The notes: generated from the letters alone by a model not told the origin. A stretch of DNA of 64,000 nucleotides from Octopus vulgaris (GCA_951406725.2 OX597818.1:141918001-141982000); one strand, 5' to 3'; positions 26,831-46,593 are shown, counted from the stretch's first letter. Numbers and translations: made by a program.

Positions 26831-27622
26831 CTTTCTTTGTAACGACACTATAATTATACGTTTCAATACAACACTATGCATGCATGAGACTGTATAATCC
26901 ACCATGATGTAATTTAAGCAAGTTTCAGGGCCTCACTATGGCTTGAAACAGAAAATATTGCATGATTTGAAATTATATTGAAATTCTATCTTCTTGCCAA
27001 TTTAATGTTATCAATGTAAGCTTTAGAATTGTTAAATAAAGGATTAAATCTGATCTGTTGCTACCGTTCGTTTTCTAGATGAAATACTGTAATACCGCAG
27101 ACTCAGATCAAATACCACCGGAAGTGGCATTGATTCCATTTGTTATTTTAAACATTCCACTAAAATGTTAAAACTTGCAAAATGTATCATGTTGATTAGA
27201 TTTACGATCATTTATCTAATTAGTATTATCAGGTCATTCAACTGTCATTGTTCAAGTAATCAACATTTCACAAACAGCTACATTCCAATCAAAGCACCGG
27301 ACGTAGATTCGTCTTCTACACGTTCATGTCTACTTTCACTTCATCAATGTTACACTAACACGAGACTGCGCACGCCTCAATGTCTTCATTGAAGTAGTTT
27401 CTTAGTTATATTATCTACATGATATTCAGGCCCATTAGGCCGCAGTCTCTCTCGGTATCCAACATATTCCAACACCCGGGGATACAAGACACCCCACTAA
27501 AAGAGATGCCAGTCTGTTGCAAGTTTAACCCTTGGTTGTTGCTGGTATTTCTTCTCAGATGACTGCACTGGAAGTGTTTTTCTCGTGGACAGAACGCACC
27601 GAACCAATAGTCCATGTGTTTA

Positions 27623-27626
<4 letters not shown>

Positions 27627-27700
<74 letters not shown>

Positions 27701-27742
27701 CGTGTATGTGTGTGCGTGCGTGCGTGTGTATGTATGTGTGTG
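27627..27742. repeat. (TG)n microsatellite
   Basis: Read directly. Confidence 0.95.
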
Positions 27743-30439
27743 CTTTTTAACCCCTTCTGTTTTCCGGATCATTGGTCGCTCTCTTGCCAGCCGGAACACC
27801 GCTACGCCCTTCTTTTATGCTCTGCTTGTTGCTGTTAAAAGATATGTAGCCGTGTATCGTAACAGCTCTGTCATTTCTACTGCTTATTACATGGCCTGTG
27901 GTTTTAGAAGTCTTGATACATCGACTGAACTAAGGAATTATTTTTTAGCTTCCTTCTAATTAGATGGTCGCACCATTTCACTCTCTTCCATCTGACTATT
28001 TCAGTTCTGGTTTATTTCATGTAAATAACGTTTCTTATACAAATTACGCCACTCTCATTATAATATCTGTTTAGTTTTATACACATTTTAATAACCTCTT
28101 ACGTATGTGTTTCTAGACCCTGATTAGAGAAACAAAAATGTGCAACCTATCAATGCATCGCTGGCTGATGTTCTACAAGCTCCAGATCCTGTTTCTTAAA
28201 TCTCTCAAATGCTATACATGCTAACGTGACCTGTCTTTTCTTACCTGTGTGTCTAGTGCGACGGATACTACACAACTCTCTTTGACATGTACGACATAAG
28301 AACCATTCAGTGTAATTATTTCCTTTGCTTTGTGTAATTAATCTGTATATAATGCTATTCATTTTCATAGCCCATTTCCCCCATATTTCGTCTGCGACCA
28401 TCAATATTAGGTTTGCTTCCCAACCACATAATTCCGGGGTTTTTTTGTCTCAACGTGTGACATGGCACTTTGGGCAATTTTCACCATACTGAGAAAAAAG
28501 TACTAGGGTCAATTCGTTCGACTAAAACTTATTCCAGGGGCCCTCCACCTCCTCCAGCAGGGCTGCAGTCTCATGACTGAAATAAAGGAAAAAGTTTTAA
28601 AATATATATTTCCTCACTTCGTTATTATCTGTGAACACATATTTTCTCTATTCTCCTTTCAGTGAAGAAAACAAATCTGTCTCCATGACATTTCTCCTAC
28701 TTATCTCTCTCTCTCTCCTCTCTCTTATAGCTTTGCCTCTCCCATTCACTTTCCTCATCAGTTCATGCTTTTCTCTCTCTCTCATATCACATGTTGCTTC
28801 CCTGTGTGTGGAGAATTAGGCCAGGAAAGACGTTCAACATTTTTATAATTGTTTTTCATCTCCGCTGTTTCGTTTAACATATGTTCTCTCTTCATTGTAA
28901 ACCACAAACATAATCATTCTTCATTATTTTTCACACCATAACTTACTTCTCCTTGATCTGTTTCTCTCTGCCTTTCGGTCCTCATATGGCCCCTCCTCCA
29001 TACCGGTGCCCACAAATTCCATAGGTTCTACAACGATGAGCCCCCAATATACTACAAGCACTATGACGAACAACCTGGTTATGAATCTAACTCTGCAGGA
29101 TCACAATGTTCAAAAACACATCTACAGACATCTACACATCTGTGCCTTACCTCAATATACAACACTTAACCTATATTGGGTGCTTGTCACACGTAGTTGC
29201 AGTACTTACAATCTTGTGAAAATATGACATACAACAGACAATTTGTAATACGTCCAGGCTGACAAGCAAGCTTTAATACGTGAGTGCACGAAGATGTTGA
29301 ATTCTATACAAACACAATATATAAATGGAACTAGTAGATTATAAACCGTAATGGTTAGCACAAGGTTTATCGAAGAATCAAATTCTGGATTAGTTACATC
29401 CACATCTTGGCTATGGGCTCCAAGAAGGGAAGTGCTGTTCCCTTTCATATTCCACTATAATCCCTAGACGAATAGTAAAATTCTGACCAATAGCAATATT
29501 CTGAACATATAGACGTGATAGATGTGTAGCGAGACCAATTTCTATTATTGTATATTTGGAAATATTAAGTTAGTTTCTGAAGGCTCACCACGCCACTCTG
29601 TTGAGATTGGTTAAAATAACTATCATAAAAGTCATTGGACATTTATTGAACCCTGTGTTGTGATTAGCTGAGTGTTGCGCGGGCGCTGGATCGAAGGTCC
29701 AATAACGTTACGCGTTATATATTTCTGGAGCCTCATTTCTTTTCATAAATTGGTGCCATAAATTATTTACGAGTCAGAGAGGTGAGAGTCATTCATCGAG
29801 GCGAAGTATGCGGATTCTGCCGTTTTCAGCATTAATTTGCTTACTCCATCTAATTTTTGAGAGCGGTCGAGTTCACTTTTAGTATTCTCGTTTGTGAGAG
29901 CAGTCGAGTTTATTTCAGATATTCTCATTCTAAAAATCATCTCTGGCTCATCGTTGAGAGGATGTTGGTATTGTCTCGGCGGAGGTTTGCACATTTTAAG
30001 TGCTCTACTGATTATTGTTATTGTTGTTGCTGCTTCTGCTGCTGCTGCTGCTGCTGATGATGATGATGATATACAAGGTAATTCGGTAAACTGAAAATAT
30101 CATTTCAGTCACCTATTCGATTGATTTATTTACAGAGTAATTCAGTTAACTGAAAGTACCTTTTCAGTTATCCACTCGGATGTTTAATTTAAAGAGTTTA
30201 CAGGTTTATCCGTGATCCATCCTTGCCTCATTCGTTACTGTTGTGGAAGGATTTCGACAACTCCCATATGATTAAAAGTGAATTGTCACATTTGCTATGA
30301 ATAAAGAACTGTCGAGTTATCAGCAGTTCGCCGTGAGCCGTGTAACCTCGTATAAAAGGAAGCCTCGTGCGTTCGTGTAAATACTTCGTTAAATTATTTA
30401 TCAAACTTACAAGGATATAAAAGTTACTTATAAAGGAAA

Positions 30440-31600
30440 TATACTTACACCATGCCTCACGTTTCTGACAGTATCCGCGGAAGGAAGAGACTTGTGGATG
30501 ACATGCATTACATATTATGAAGCACAGAAACAAAACGCCGATGAATCTAAGACTTACAGGAAATTCGAAATTATGTCCTGTAAGTCTCGAGTGCACATTA
30601 GGATACATGAGGAAGATCATACCATAATTCAGCACATTGGTGAAGATCCTCATTGTTCATGTGCTTCAAAATCCGTGCATCATATTCAGGTGGGGTTATT
30701 CAGTGTTCCGCAAAAAAAAATCAATAAACTTACACCCCGCTTTTTATAAGCTAAATGAATTACTCCAAAGACTGAGCCCTGAAGATGTTATGAGGGATTT
30801 TGAAAAAGCTCTTATTAATAGCATTGTATCTGTTTCCTACTACTTCCATCTCATGCTGTCTTTTTCATCTATCACAAAATATATACAGAAAACATGTGAA
30901 TTTGGCTTGAAGGAAAGATACCATCATGATAATGAGTTTAGCATTAAAATCAGATGGTTTTAAGCGTTGCTAATTCTTCGTCTCGATGATGAGATTGACG
31001 GAGTCGAAAATCTTGTAGATGACGATGATCTTCCGCAAGAACTTGTGACCTACTTTGGATTATCGTACCTAAGATGAGTGCGAAGTAAAGGAATGAGACC
31101 ACGAAGGATTTCTCCCTAGTTTCCCATTGGTAGCTGGAATGTCCGCTTTAAAACAGAATCGGATATGCCTCGCACTAATAAACTTTTAGAGGGATTTCAC
31201 AACGCCCTACAAATTTCCTTAATTTGTTCACATCCGAATATATGGAAATAATTACTGCATTGAAAAGGGAAGAACACTTGGCACAGCTGAGAAAGGTTGA
31301 ATTTGATCGAGGTGGGATCTGCGAGACCAAACAAAAATAAAAGAAAGAATATAAGCAAACGGATAAGTATTGAGCGACATAGTCCCGAAAATAAGATGGA
31401 TTTTATATGAGCAATAGCCCCTAACCTTCATTTTTATTGAAACTTTTAGTAATAATTTTAGGTTTTACTCGACCTTTTATTTTATCCTTATTCAACGTTT
31501 TATTTTTTCTAATAACGGGAGTGAAATTGACTGGTAGTCAAATTACCGGAGTCAAAATACCGGGGGTGTAGTTATCAGGATTCAAATTACCTGTCGCCTA
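30440..31600 (+). mobile_element. Degenerate Mutator-like (MULE) transposase with an internal deletion
   Basis: FLYWCH-like CKSRVHI..H; DFEKALINS; C.FH; WNV..PRTNKLLEGFHNAL..HPNIWK. Short AAATTACC-type repeats at ~31520-31597 look subterminal. Confidence 0.8.
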
Positions 31601-32319
31601 TTCAGTCGATGTCTGAGGGATACGGGTTCGAGTGCCATATCGGCTTACTGGCAACTTCTTTCGTCTCATAAGGCTACCCAGACTTTCTCTGCTATCTCTA
31701 CAGCTTTACTGGGTTTGAAATGTCCTTCCTTATCTGCAAGGTATCGCGTTTGAAATGGTTAAGTATGTTATCATTTATTTATGCAGAAGAGATAACATTA
31801 CATGACAGGGAGTAGCTTTGATGGAAGAAAAACATTCGCAAAATACATAAAATCCTACGTTTCTTATTAAGAGAGACTAATGAGTGTTTCTCTCGATACC
31901 ACAGGGAATGTGAACCATCTTCTAAATTTATGTCCCAGATTCCAGATACAGTTTTGAAGAATCAAATGAATACTTTGATCACCTATAAACGAAAAGAAAC
32001 TTGTTACTATGGAATTGCTTCAACGTAACCGTTGGAGACCTCCGCAACAATGAAGAAGTGGGCTGGAGCAAGAACTGAGCAAATGCTATAGAAAGATAAA
32101 GCTTCGGCAAACTAAAAGAGAAGCGAGCATAATTACTACGTTTGTGTGCAATAAGGGGTCTCATGATAACAAACACTGTGTACGGAAAAGAATGTCTGGG
32201 AGCTAAATCAATATATATAATATCCTTCAATTCATTACTTTGAACAACGATCGTCAAGTTTGCTTTGGCAATTCTAAAGATATTTTGGTGTCACGAATTG
32301 TGTCACCAAAACAGATCAA

Positions 32320-33140
32320 ATAACCTTTAAAGTTCAATACCTGAAATTCAAATCTTACTATCCAACATATACAAAACGCAATATCCCATACAACCTAGCC
32401 GGGAAAAGTTGTACGTTTGTGGAGGATGTGAGAATCAGAGACAAAAGTCTAACAAAACTAAAGGAATCTCTACCCAAGCAAAACTATCCGTCTCTACTCA
32501 TAGAAAATGGTATACAGCTTGATATAGAAATACCCATACAAGAACTTAGGGCCACCCGAGGAAGAGGAAAACGAGAACAGATCATACCAGTTATAGTGGC
32601 ACACAACCCATGTTACCGGAATACCTTAAGCATTGCAAATCAAACTTGCCGATCATTATTCAAAGTAATGAATTAGAAGATATAATCACGGATGGAGTAA
32701 TGGCTCTAAGTAAAAGACAGTCGAAAGACTTGAAACATTTAATAAAGGCAAAGTGTGATCTTAGCAACAATACGAATCATTCATTGTGTCTAAGTACAAT
32801 GATAATCGATGTGGGACATGTCAGTTCATACATATCGGTCAATATAGGAACAAAAAATAAACGGAAGAATATTTGCAAATATAAATATGAACTGCAAAAG
32901 CAGAAATTTAATTTACTGCATCAAATGCCAGAATTCTGAAGAGATATACATTGGCCAGACTTGGAATGCACTAGCGGAACGTTCACGTGTGCTCCAACAG
33001 TAAATAAGAGATCCTGATGTCGGCCAGAAGATCCCTTTAACCGAACACTGACAACATGTGGTCTACACAACTGAAGAGAAATCGAGAGAAAAGTTAGAGA
33101 AAAGAATTTTATTGATAAACTGAAACCCGTTTTTAAATGG
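32320..33140 (+). mobile_element. Degenerate Penelope-like element (post-RT region plus GIY-YIG endonuclease)
   Basis: KRNIPYNLA, QNYPSLLI and CKSRNLIYCIKC..IYIGQT motifs. Confidence 0.8.
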
Positions 33141-33174
33141 ACAAAACTAATAATAGTAACGGTGATGACTGGAA

Positions 33175-33197
33175 TGATGATGATGATGATGATGATG

Positions 33198-33272
<75 letters not shown>
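33175..33272. repeat. (TGA)n-(TAA)n compound microsatellite, 5' flank of family A LINE
   Basis: Read directly. Confidence 0.95.
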
Positions 33273-37635
<4,363 letters not shown>

Positions 37636-38471
37636 GGAAAGGGCGGCTGGACGTGACGAGGAGAAGGCGGCTGGACGTGACAGAGGATGGACGTATTTTT
37701 ACGATGCTCTGATGTGGCAACAGCTAACCCAGCAGGACAACTTAAAAAACAACTGTAGAAAACTGGAAGATCTACTGTTTTCTGTGAGTAATTTGAATTT
37801 CCCTCAGAATATGTTAAGGAACTTACATATCTACAGCTCATACAAACGAACACCTAACAAGACAAATTAGAAACATAAACATCTCCAATTCTGTGTGAAC
37901 ATTTAGTCGTCTCTCATGACTATAAGAATGTGTAAAATTGCTTTTTAAATTGCCTTTTATTGTAACAACACAATTAGATGCACGATAAAAAATTATGGAA
38001 GTAAGCACCTGCTAATATATACATACAACTGAATTCAGAAATTTAAAAAATATATACATTACATTGAATTCAGAAATTTAAAAAATCATCGATGTGAACA
38101 TCAAATAATATGTGTGTGTGAGTATACATATACATATACTTATGTATGTGGAAAAGAAGAAAAGAGAAAGGAAAAGAATGTAGACAGGTTTGACCTTTAC
38201 TGACCATTACTGTCCTTTGTCTATTCGGCTATCTCTCCATCATCTGCTGAATCTATTTATAGACCCATAGAACATGACCTCTTTAACCAACTACTTTCCC
38301 ACACAATGGCAGTAGTGGTGATGATGGTGAAAATGATAGGAACAAAAATAACAATAATAAGATACTGCTGTCACTACACATAAAACAATATCATTGATGA
38401 TGATGATGGTGATGGTGATGTTGATGATGATGATGGTAATGGTGATGATGGTGATAGTAATAACAATAATA

Positions 38472-41400
38472 ACTGACAGATCCCTTTTTCTTTCTTTTTT
38501 CTCCGTATTTTATTCTCATTATTTCGAACTAATACAAGCAGAGTGAGCATTTTAAAAGTTTAAAAGAGGAAGGGAAAAGAAGGAAGGAAAAAGGGAAAGA
38601 AGGAAAAAAGAAAGGAAGAGAGAAGGAAAAAATGTTCGGAGATAAAACTATCAACAAAAAAAAATACAGACGAATACAGATCTGCTAGCCTTAACAAGCT
38701 GCGCTACGAGCAATGCTTACATGTAGAGAACCCTAAACTGACAGATCCCTCTCCTAATGTAAGAGTGGAAGCTCGTCATGCTTCAATGTAAACAAAACAA
38801 ACTACAAACCGCATTGGTCGTCGCGCGGATTGCAAAAGACCACGTACCCGAAAATTGAACCAAATTCTGATTGAAAAATCAGCTACTGGATCAAATCTTC
38901 CCAACACACAGGAGCTGGACGAACCCCACAACCGGAATATTCCAACAGATGGCCTTCCATGCTCGTCACCAAATAATCAAAAGAAAAAGAAGGAAAAATG
39001 GTCTAGGGAAGATAATAAAGAAGTTCTTGCGGCCTTCTACCATGCCATATATTTCCCCACAGATAAATCTAACACTGTACAAACATACTTAAACTGGAGA
39101 CAGAAACACCCTGAAGTAAGACCCTACATAGACAGTAACAAACTTGCCAACGTCAGAAGAAACATTATTAAACAAAATACTGACTGGAGTAGAGATTGAT
39201 CAAGTTAGACAAGCAATATCGGATAAAATGAACGAAGCTGCAGCTAGAGAAGATAATACAGAGGAAATAATTATAGACCAGCCCAGGGCTGATAAAAACG
39301 AAGTAAGGATTGAAAGAGTTAGTATAAGTGATAGGCAAAGTGAAATATTCTCTGAACCAATCATAAACACTAAGACAGATGAACATCAAATAGATAAAGA
39401 AAGTCACACAAATATTGACCCAACAGAACTACATGAGCTAAAAAAACTCAAATCATGATTGAATGGCTGAAAATTAAAGAGACTAGCATGGATGAACGTG
39501 ATACACTCCCTAAAATCTGCAACTCTAACCAAAACATGAAAATAATTGGTAAAATCCGGCTTGCACTTAAGGTTATAATTTCAGCTAATGAGGTTGATAT
39601 CACAAATCTCAACCACCAAATACATAACAAAAACACCAGGACTTACAAACACATATGAAGTCGTTCTGTATGCATCAGCGAAAATCTCAACGATCCTATG
39701 TGGTGTAAAGATTAGAAAACGGCAACATTCCCACAAAAAGCCTTCTTGGCAAGAGCGTTTGCAACAACAAATTCAACTATTTAGATCTGACATTGAATAT
39801 TTGAAAAACCTTAAGGTTCACAAGACTACCAAACCTACAAAAAGCCCCAAATTAATGAAAAAATACAATATGAAAACTATACTTGATATTGATGCCACCA
39901 TAGAAACCATCAAACAAAAGGTATCTGCCAAAGCTGCCCGCATAGCGAGGTATGAAAAGCGTGTTAGATTTTTCAAGGACAACAATATGTTCAAAAATAA
40001 CCCCAAGAATTTTTACAGGAAGATAGGAAAACAGCGTTTACTGTAAGGTCTGTACCATCAAAAGAAGAAGTGCAGGGATTTTGGAATAAAATTTGGGCAG
40101 AAGAAAACACACACAACGAAAAGACCCCCTGGATTGACAGAATATCGACAGAACTGGACCCCTTAGAAGAGCAAAAGTGGGAGGGTGTCAAGGTAGAAGA
40201 TATAAGATCTGCTCTCAGGAGGTCAAGCAAATGGAAGTCTCCAGGAAAGGATAAAATTCCTAACTTCTGGCTGAATGCCTTCCCAGAGAGCCATGAACTG
40301 CTAACAGAACTGTACAATGATGTTTTGCAACACCCTAGTAGGATGCCTGCTTGGCTAGTTAATGGATTAACATTCCTGCTTCCAAAAAGTGAAGAAACAA
40401 ATGAACCAAAAAACTATAGACCCATAACCTGCTTAACAACTATGTATAAAACGCTAACATCTGTCCTGACGGAATATATTTATAGTTTTTTTAACAGACA
40501 GCTGCATATTCCCTAATGAACAGAAAGGATATAAACGTGGATCCTACGGCTGTAAAGACCAACTACTCATCAATAAGATGATCTTAGAAGATTGTCACAA
40601 ACGACACAAAAACTTATCAATAGCCTGGATAGACTATAAAAAGGCTTTTGATAGCCTACCACATTGCTGGATTAGGAAATGCCTGGAAATGTATAAGATA
40701 GCACCTACTCTGCGAAACGTTTTGACTGTAAGTATGAGAACATGGAGAACCACACTAACTCTGAACAGTGACAATGAATCTCTAAATGCTGGTGATGTAA
40801 AACTTTCATGTGGCATTTTCCAGGGTGACTCACTGTCACCACTCCTCTTTTGTTTAGCCTTAATACCTCTCTCAAAACTGCTCAATGACGCGCAGTACGG
40901 GTATAAAATGTTTGATAAAAATATAAATCATCTCATTTACATGGATGATCTAAAGCTTTTTGCAAAAAATTACCAACAACCCAAGGGCTTACTAGCGATA
41001 GTCAAACAATTCAGTGACGACATCAGAATGCAATTCGGTCTCGATAAATGTGCAAAAGTTACCTTTATCAAAGGAAAAATGACAGAAACATCTAACGTTA
41101 ACCTTGACCAGCAGAATGTCATAAAAGAACTAGACCCAGCGGAGAGCTACAAGTAAGTAGGGGCAATTGAAGGGAACGGAATAAGGCATTCAGAGATGAA
41201 GGAAAGGATCAGGAGAGAATGTTATCGAAGAGTGAGAGCAATACTCAAGACAGAGCTGAATGCAAGAAACAGGATCGAAGCGATCAATGCATTAGCCATA
41301 CCAGTCGTGACTTACAGTTTCAATATCGTTAACTTGTCAATTACTGAAATATTTCAGCTCGACAGAAAAATACGAAAACTGTTGACAATGTATAGAATGC

Positions 41401-42688
41401 ACCACCCTAAGGCAGATACAGAACGACTTTATCTGCCAAGAAAAGAGGGAGGCCGTGGTCTTTAACAACTGGCAATAACAATGAAGATTGCTACAATTGG
41501 CCTAGACGCCTACCTGAAAATCTATGAGGACTGGATGTTAAAACTTGTCTCAAAATATGAAAACAAGAAAGCATCATACTCAGTAACAAAACAGGCAAAG
41601 GAATATATCTAAGTCAATTCCGAATACAACAAATTTCGGAATTAGAGATAGACATACAAGAAACAAGCACAGAAAAAGCTAAGCGCATGAAAACCCGTGC
41701 TAAAACTGCGGCCTTAGATATTCTGAATGATAAATGGCAAGAAAAACCTCTCTATGGCAAATACCCAAAGAGAGCGAATAATCCTGATGTTGACAAAACC
41801 TGGCCCATCAATGGCTAATGGCCTCTGGCTTAAAATCTGAAACAGGGATTTATCATAGCAGCTCAAGATCAATGCCTACCAACAAGAAACTACCAGGCCA
41901 ACGTATTAAAGAACGGCAGTAGCCCAACATGTCGTGTATGTCAACAACAAAATGAGACCATTGATCATGTTGTCTCCAAGTGCAGTCTTCTAGCGCCTAC
42001 AGAGTTTCTCAACAGGCATGATAAAGCTGCACAATATATTCACTGGGTAATTTGCAAAAAACTGGATTTGCCCCATGAAAAAAACTGGTGGGAACACAAA
42101 CAACCCCCAGTGCATGAAAATGACCACATTTCACTCCTCTGGAACTTCCCCATTCAAACTGACAGAAAGATAGATGCAAATAGGCCAGACATCATATTGA
42201 AAGACTTCAGACAAAGAACATGCTTCCTCATTGATATGACTGTCCCAATCGATATAAACGTATCTGTCAAGACCTACCAAAAACTGAGCAAATATAAAGA
42301 TCTTCAAATAGAAATCAGCAAAATGTGGAATCTGAAGACTAAAACAATACCTGTTGTCATAGGTGCCCTGGGAATGATAGCGAAAGGGGCTGATTGCTAC
42401 CTAACTCAGATACCAGGAAACCCCCAAATGGCAGAAATTCAAAGGATAGTGCTCATGGGAACTGCTCATATCCTACGCAAAATACTCTCTATGCAATCCC
42501 AAGGTTTAAAACAAACTTTTTTCTTTTTTTAATTTATTTATTAGACATTCACTAGTACAACACAAAAAAACCCCAAATATATGGCACACTAAGCATAACA
42601 ACAACGTGAACTTCCAACCTGTTGTCTCTTGAGGTCCCTGGGTGAGACTTGGGGCCAACTTGTACAGACAAAGCAATAGACAAACATA
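38472..42688 (+). mobile_element. Near-full-length R4/Dong-like RLE LINE, family B (frameshifted)
   Basis: [41 protein letters not shown]...C, RPDIILKD..LIDMTVP and PVVIGALG motifs. Followed by (TAA)n; 5' boundary approximate. Confidence 0.92.
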
Positions 42689-42708
42689 TAATAATAATAA
42701 TAATAATG

Positions 42709-42791
<83 letters not shown>

Positions 42792-42809
42792 AACAATAAT
42801 AACAATAAC

Positions 42810-42880
<71 letters not shown>

Positions 42881-42883
42881 TGA
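42689..42883. repeat. (TAA)n/(TGA)n compound microsatellite
   Basis: Read directly. Confidence 0.95.
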
Positions 42884-42884
42884 T

Positions 42885-43965
42885 TTTGAAGACACCTGCA
42901 TCCACCCCATGCAGGTGTCTCAGGTCCTTCGGGAGGATACTGAAGAGCTGTGGATCTCTAAAGCTCAGGCTACTGCAGTATTTTTCTACATCTTGATAGC
43001 AATTTTGGAGTCATTGACACTATGCAGTGACGCCCAGTTCTAGTGTTTGTGTAACTTTCGATGCCAAAGTTTGGGACAAGTCCTCCCAGGATCTTCCACA
43101 TGTATATTATGGCAGTTCTTTCTCGCCTACGATCTAAGGAATAGAGTCTTAATCTCTTGAGTCTTTCCCAATAGGTTATATGCTGCTAGAGGCTATCTTC
43201 TTTGTGTAGCTTCATTGGATTGCCTCAAGTTCTGCGATTAATTTGACACTTGTTGGTGACCATAGCTGAGAGCAATTGTCAAATTGGCTTAGGACAAGTG
43301 TCCTCTAGAGGACCATCATGGTTTCCTGGTCTCTTGTTCTAAAATTTCTAAGAATCCATCCAGTCAGCCGCCTCCACATGAAAGGTTTCATTTTCACTCA
43401 TGTAAATACCCAGGTCTCGCACTGATTGTGCCTCTGGGATTGCAATCCCTCCAGGTCCAGTGTATGTATTGGTTATTGCATTTAGTTTTGCATGCTGATA
43501 GCATAAAGCTTGAAACTTTTCAGCATTGAACTGCATGCTATTCTTTTTGGACCACTTATGTATTTCATCCAGCTCATATTGCAGGTGCATGGCGACTTCA
43601 GGGTTCTGTATTACCTGTGAAACTTTTGTATCATCTGCATAACTTGTGATCGTGGCGCCCTGTGGCTGAAGGCATATCTGAGAGGGCCATTATGAGCAGA
43701 AGTGGTCCCAAAAAAGAGCCTTGCGGAACACCGGTCCCTATTTGCGTATCATAGGATATGGACCCATTGGTTACTACCACCTGACTTCTATCCTTCAGAA
43801 AGTCATGAAGCCATTCTCACAATTTTCCAACTATGCCAAGATCACGCACTTTGTGACATATCGTTCCATGATCAAACTTTATCAAAGGCCTTGGCAAAGT
43901 CGAGATATATCACTTCCACATTTGAGTGGTTGAGCAGTCGTTTCAGCACCCAGTCATAGTGTTCT
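42885..43965 (-). mobile_element. CR1-group LINE RT fragment
   Basis: Minus strand: [52 protein letters not shown]. Confidence 0.85.
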
Positions 43966-43971
43966 AAGATG

Positions 43972-43972
43972 T

Positions 43973-44058
<86 letters not shown>

Positions 44059-44077
44059 TGAGAGGTAGGTAGGTAGG

Positions 44078-44165
<88 letters not shown>

Positions 44166-44181
44166 GAGGTAGGTAGGTAGG

Positions 44182-44258
<77 letters not shown>
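43972..44258. repeat. (GATA)n microsatellite with GGTA variants
   Basis: Read directly; forms the tail of Tx1 copy 1. Confidence 0.95.
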
Positions 44259-44261
<3 letters not shown>

Positions 44262-44422
44262 TTTTTATTGAAGCCACACAGGGCTAAACACAGAATAAAA
44301 ATGGACGAAATACAATGTAGAATTTTTTCTTTTCGAGGTGGGATGGGTGGGGCACAGAAAAAAAAACAAAAAAAACACGTTTGATCAATAGGGATCTGTG
44401 GGTTGTGTGGTGTATAAAAAAG

Positions 44423-44457
<35 letters not shown>

Positions 44458-44860
44458 TCACAGTTTAGGTGTAGCCTTGGAAAGAAAAACCTACAAAAGA
44501 GACCAAGGTCACCTCAGACAATTCGAAAAAGAACACATGAGTAAGTCGCCTTACTTCTCGTTGTCTCTTTTGGTTACAGATTTATGCTTAAAATAGTGTC
44601 GTCTTTCATACTGACCATTTTTGCCACGTTTACCCACTTTTTATTAAAACATTCGTTCGACAAAGCCTTCCTCTCTATTCTCATCCTCCTTTTCAAGTGG
44701 TACTTGAAAAAGTTGACGAGAGACTGACCAGAGAGGAAGGTGTTTGTTTGCAGTCCTTTCAAACGCGTCCACCACACACATTCTTTCGCCATAGCCATCA
44801 GCGTAACGAAAACCGTTTTCCCTTCCCGTTTAAAGGAAGGTGGTGGAACAATATTCACGA
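44259..44860 (-). mobile_element. Tx1-clade LINE, 5'-truncated copy 1 (diverged subfamily)
   Basis: ORF2 C-terminus SIVNIVPPPSFKREG..MAKECVWWTR. 3' UTR ends GCCCTGTGTGGC..AATAAA-(TATC)n. Confidence 0.8.
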
Positions 44861-44874
44861 TAGATTGATAGATA

Positions 44875-46304
44875 AGTTTCTTTATTGGCCACACAGGGCT
44901 GCACACAGATAGGACAAGTTACAAGGTAGAGCTTTTCTTTTGGGGGATGAAAAAAAAAAAAGCAAAAGAAAGAAAAAAAGGGGTGGCGTAGGTTTTCGAT
45001 CAAGAGGGATCGTAAAAGGGAAGAAAAGAACAAAAAAAATAAATAAAAATAAAAAATTAAAAATAAAAATAAAAAAAGAAGAAAAGGAAAAGGAACAAAA
45101 GAAAAGAGAAAAGAAAAAAGAAGAAAAAAGGGGAAGAGGAAAAAAAAACGATCAATAGGGATCGTCTATTACAGTGTTATGATATATGGTGTAAAGGGGA
45201 AAGCAAGTAAGGTTTATCCGTGGGAAGAAAAGCCTACGAAAAAGACCACGGTAATTTTGGTCAATATTGTTATATGTTACCACATTTGTTTGCAAGTGGG
45301 TAATCCTCTGTTTTCAATTTCTTGGTTCATAGGATTATGCTCAAGGTGGCTTCGTCATTCATACGTGCCATCCTTGCTACATTCACCCATCTTTTTTTAA
45401 AACATTCGCTAGACAAAACTTGCCTCTCTACTCTCACTTTCCTTTTCAAGTGGTACTTGAAGAAGTTGATGAGAGATTGACCATAGAGGAAAGTGTTTGG
45501 CTCCAATCCGTTCAGACGCGTCCACCAGATACATTCTTTCGCCATAGCCACAAGGATTGAAGGAAGGAGGCGTGACAATATTGACGATAGACTCAGCTGA
45601 TAAACCGACTCGTCCCACACGTGACAGCAGTCGTTCGACATAAGCCCACAGGTCGGAAATTGTTGGACACTGCACGAGTGCGTGCAGAACGGTTTCGTCG
45701 CTCTGACCGCATCTCGGGCAGGTCGGCCCCGTGTTTCTCGAGCCGTGTCTGTAGAGCTTATCCCGAACGAGTAGCGCTTCTCGGTAGCACTGCCAGGCCA
45801 GGGATCTCTGGAAGTTATCCATGGGCCCTGGCCCGAAAGTCGTCCCGAATAGGCGGGTCAGGTACTCCTCGTCGACGTCCAGGTTCGCCCCGAGCTCGTT
45901 GTCGTACCTCCCCTCCACTAATGCCCTATAGTATGCTTTGGTTGTGATGAAGTCACTCAAGGTCGACCCAGGACGGCAGAGTTGCTTGAAAGCAACGCGA
46001 CACTCGCGGTGCCATTCGCCCTTCCTCGGCCTCTTTTTGATCCACGACTGCAGTTCGGTCATGGAGACGAGCTGCGGGAAAGCGTGCCTCACAAACGGCG
46101 ACCACACCTGTTCACAGTCGTCTACGAAGAGCCTGAGGTGTCGCAGTTTCAGCGCATGTCTGCGCATCATCAACCACGGCATCATCAACCACGGCATGCC
46201 CAGACCGCCTTTTAACGGGTGTTGACAGCAAATGGATCGCCTGACCATCGGGACGCATCCTTTCCACAAGAAGCGAAAGAGAATGCGTTGTAGTTTGGTG
46301 ATGG
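44875..46304 (-). mobile_element. Tx1-clade LINE, 5'-truncated copy 2
   Basis: [21 protein letters not shown] finger [18 protein letters not shown] and [13 protein letters not shown] repeats at both ends. Confidence 0.88.

Positions 46305-46593
<289 letters not shown>

Noticed and set aside
37641-37695. Short GC-rich tandem repeat GGCGGCTGGACGTGAC after the TAA tail
   Set aside because: Two to three degenerate copies with no assignable function or family.
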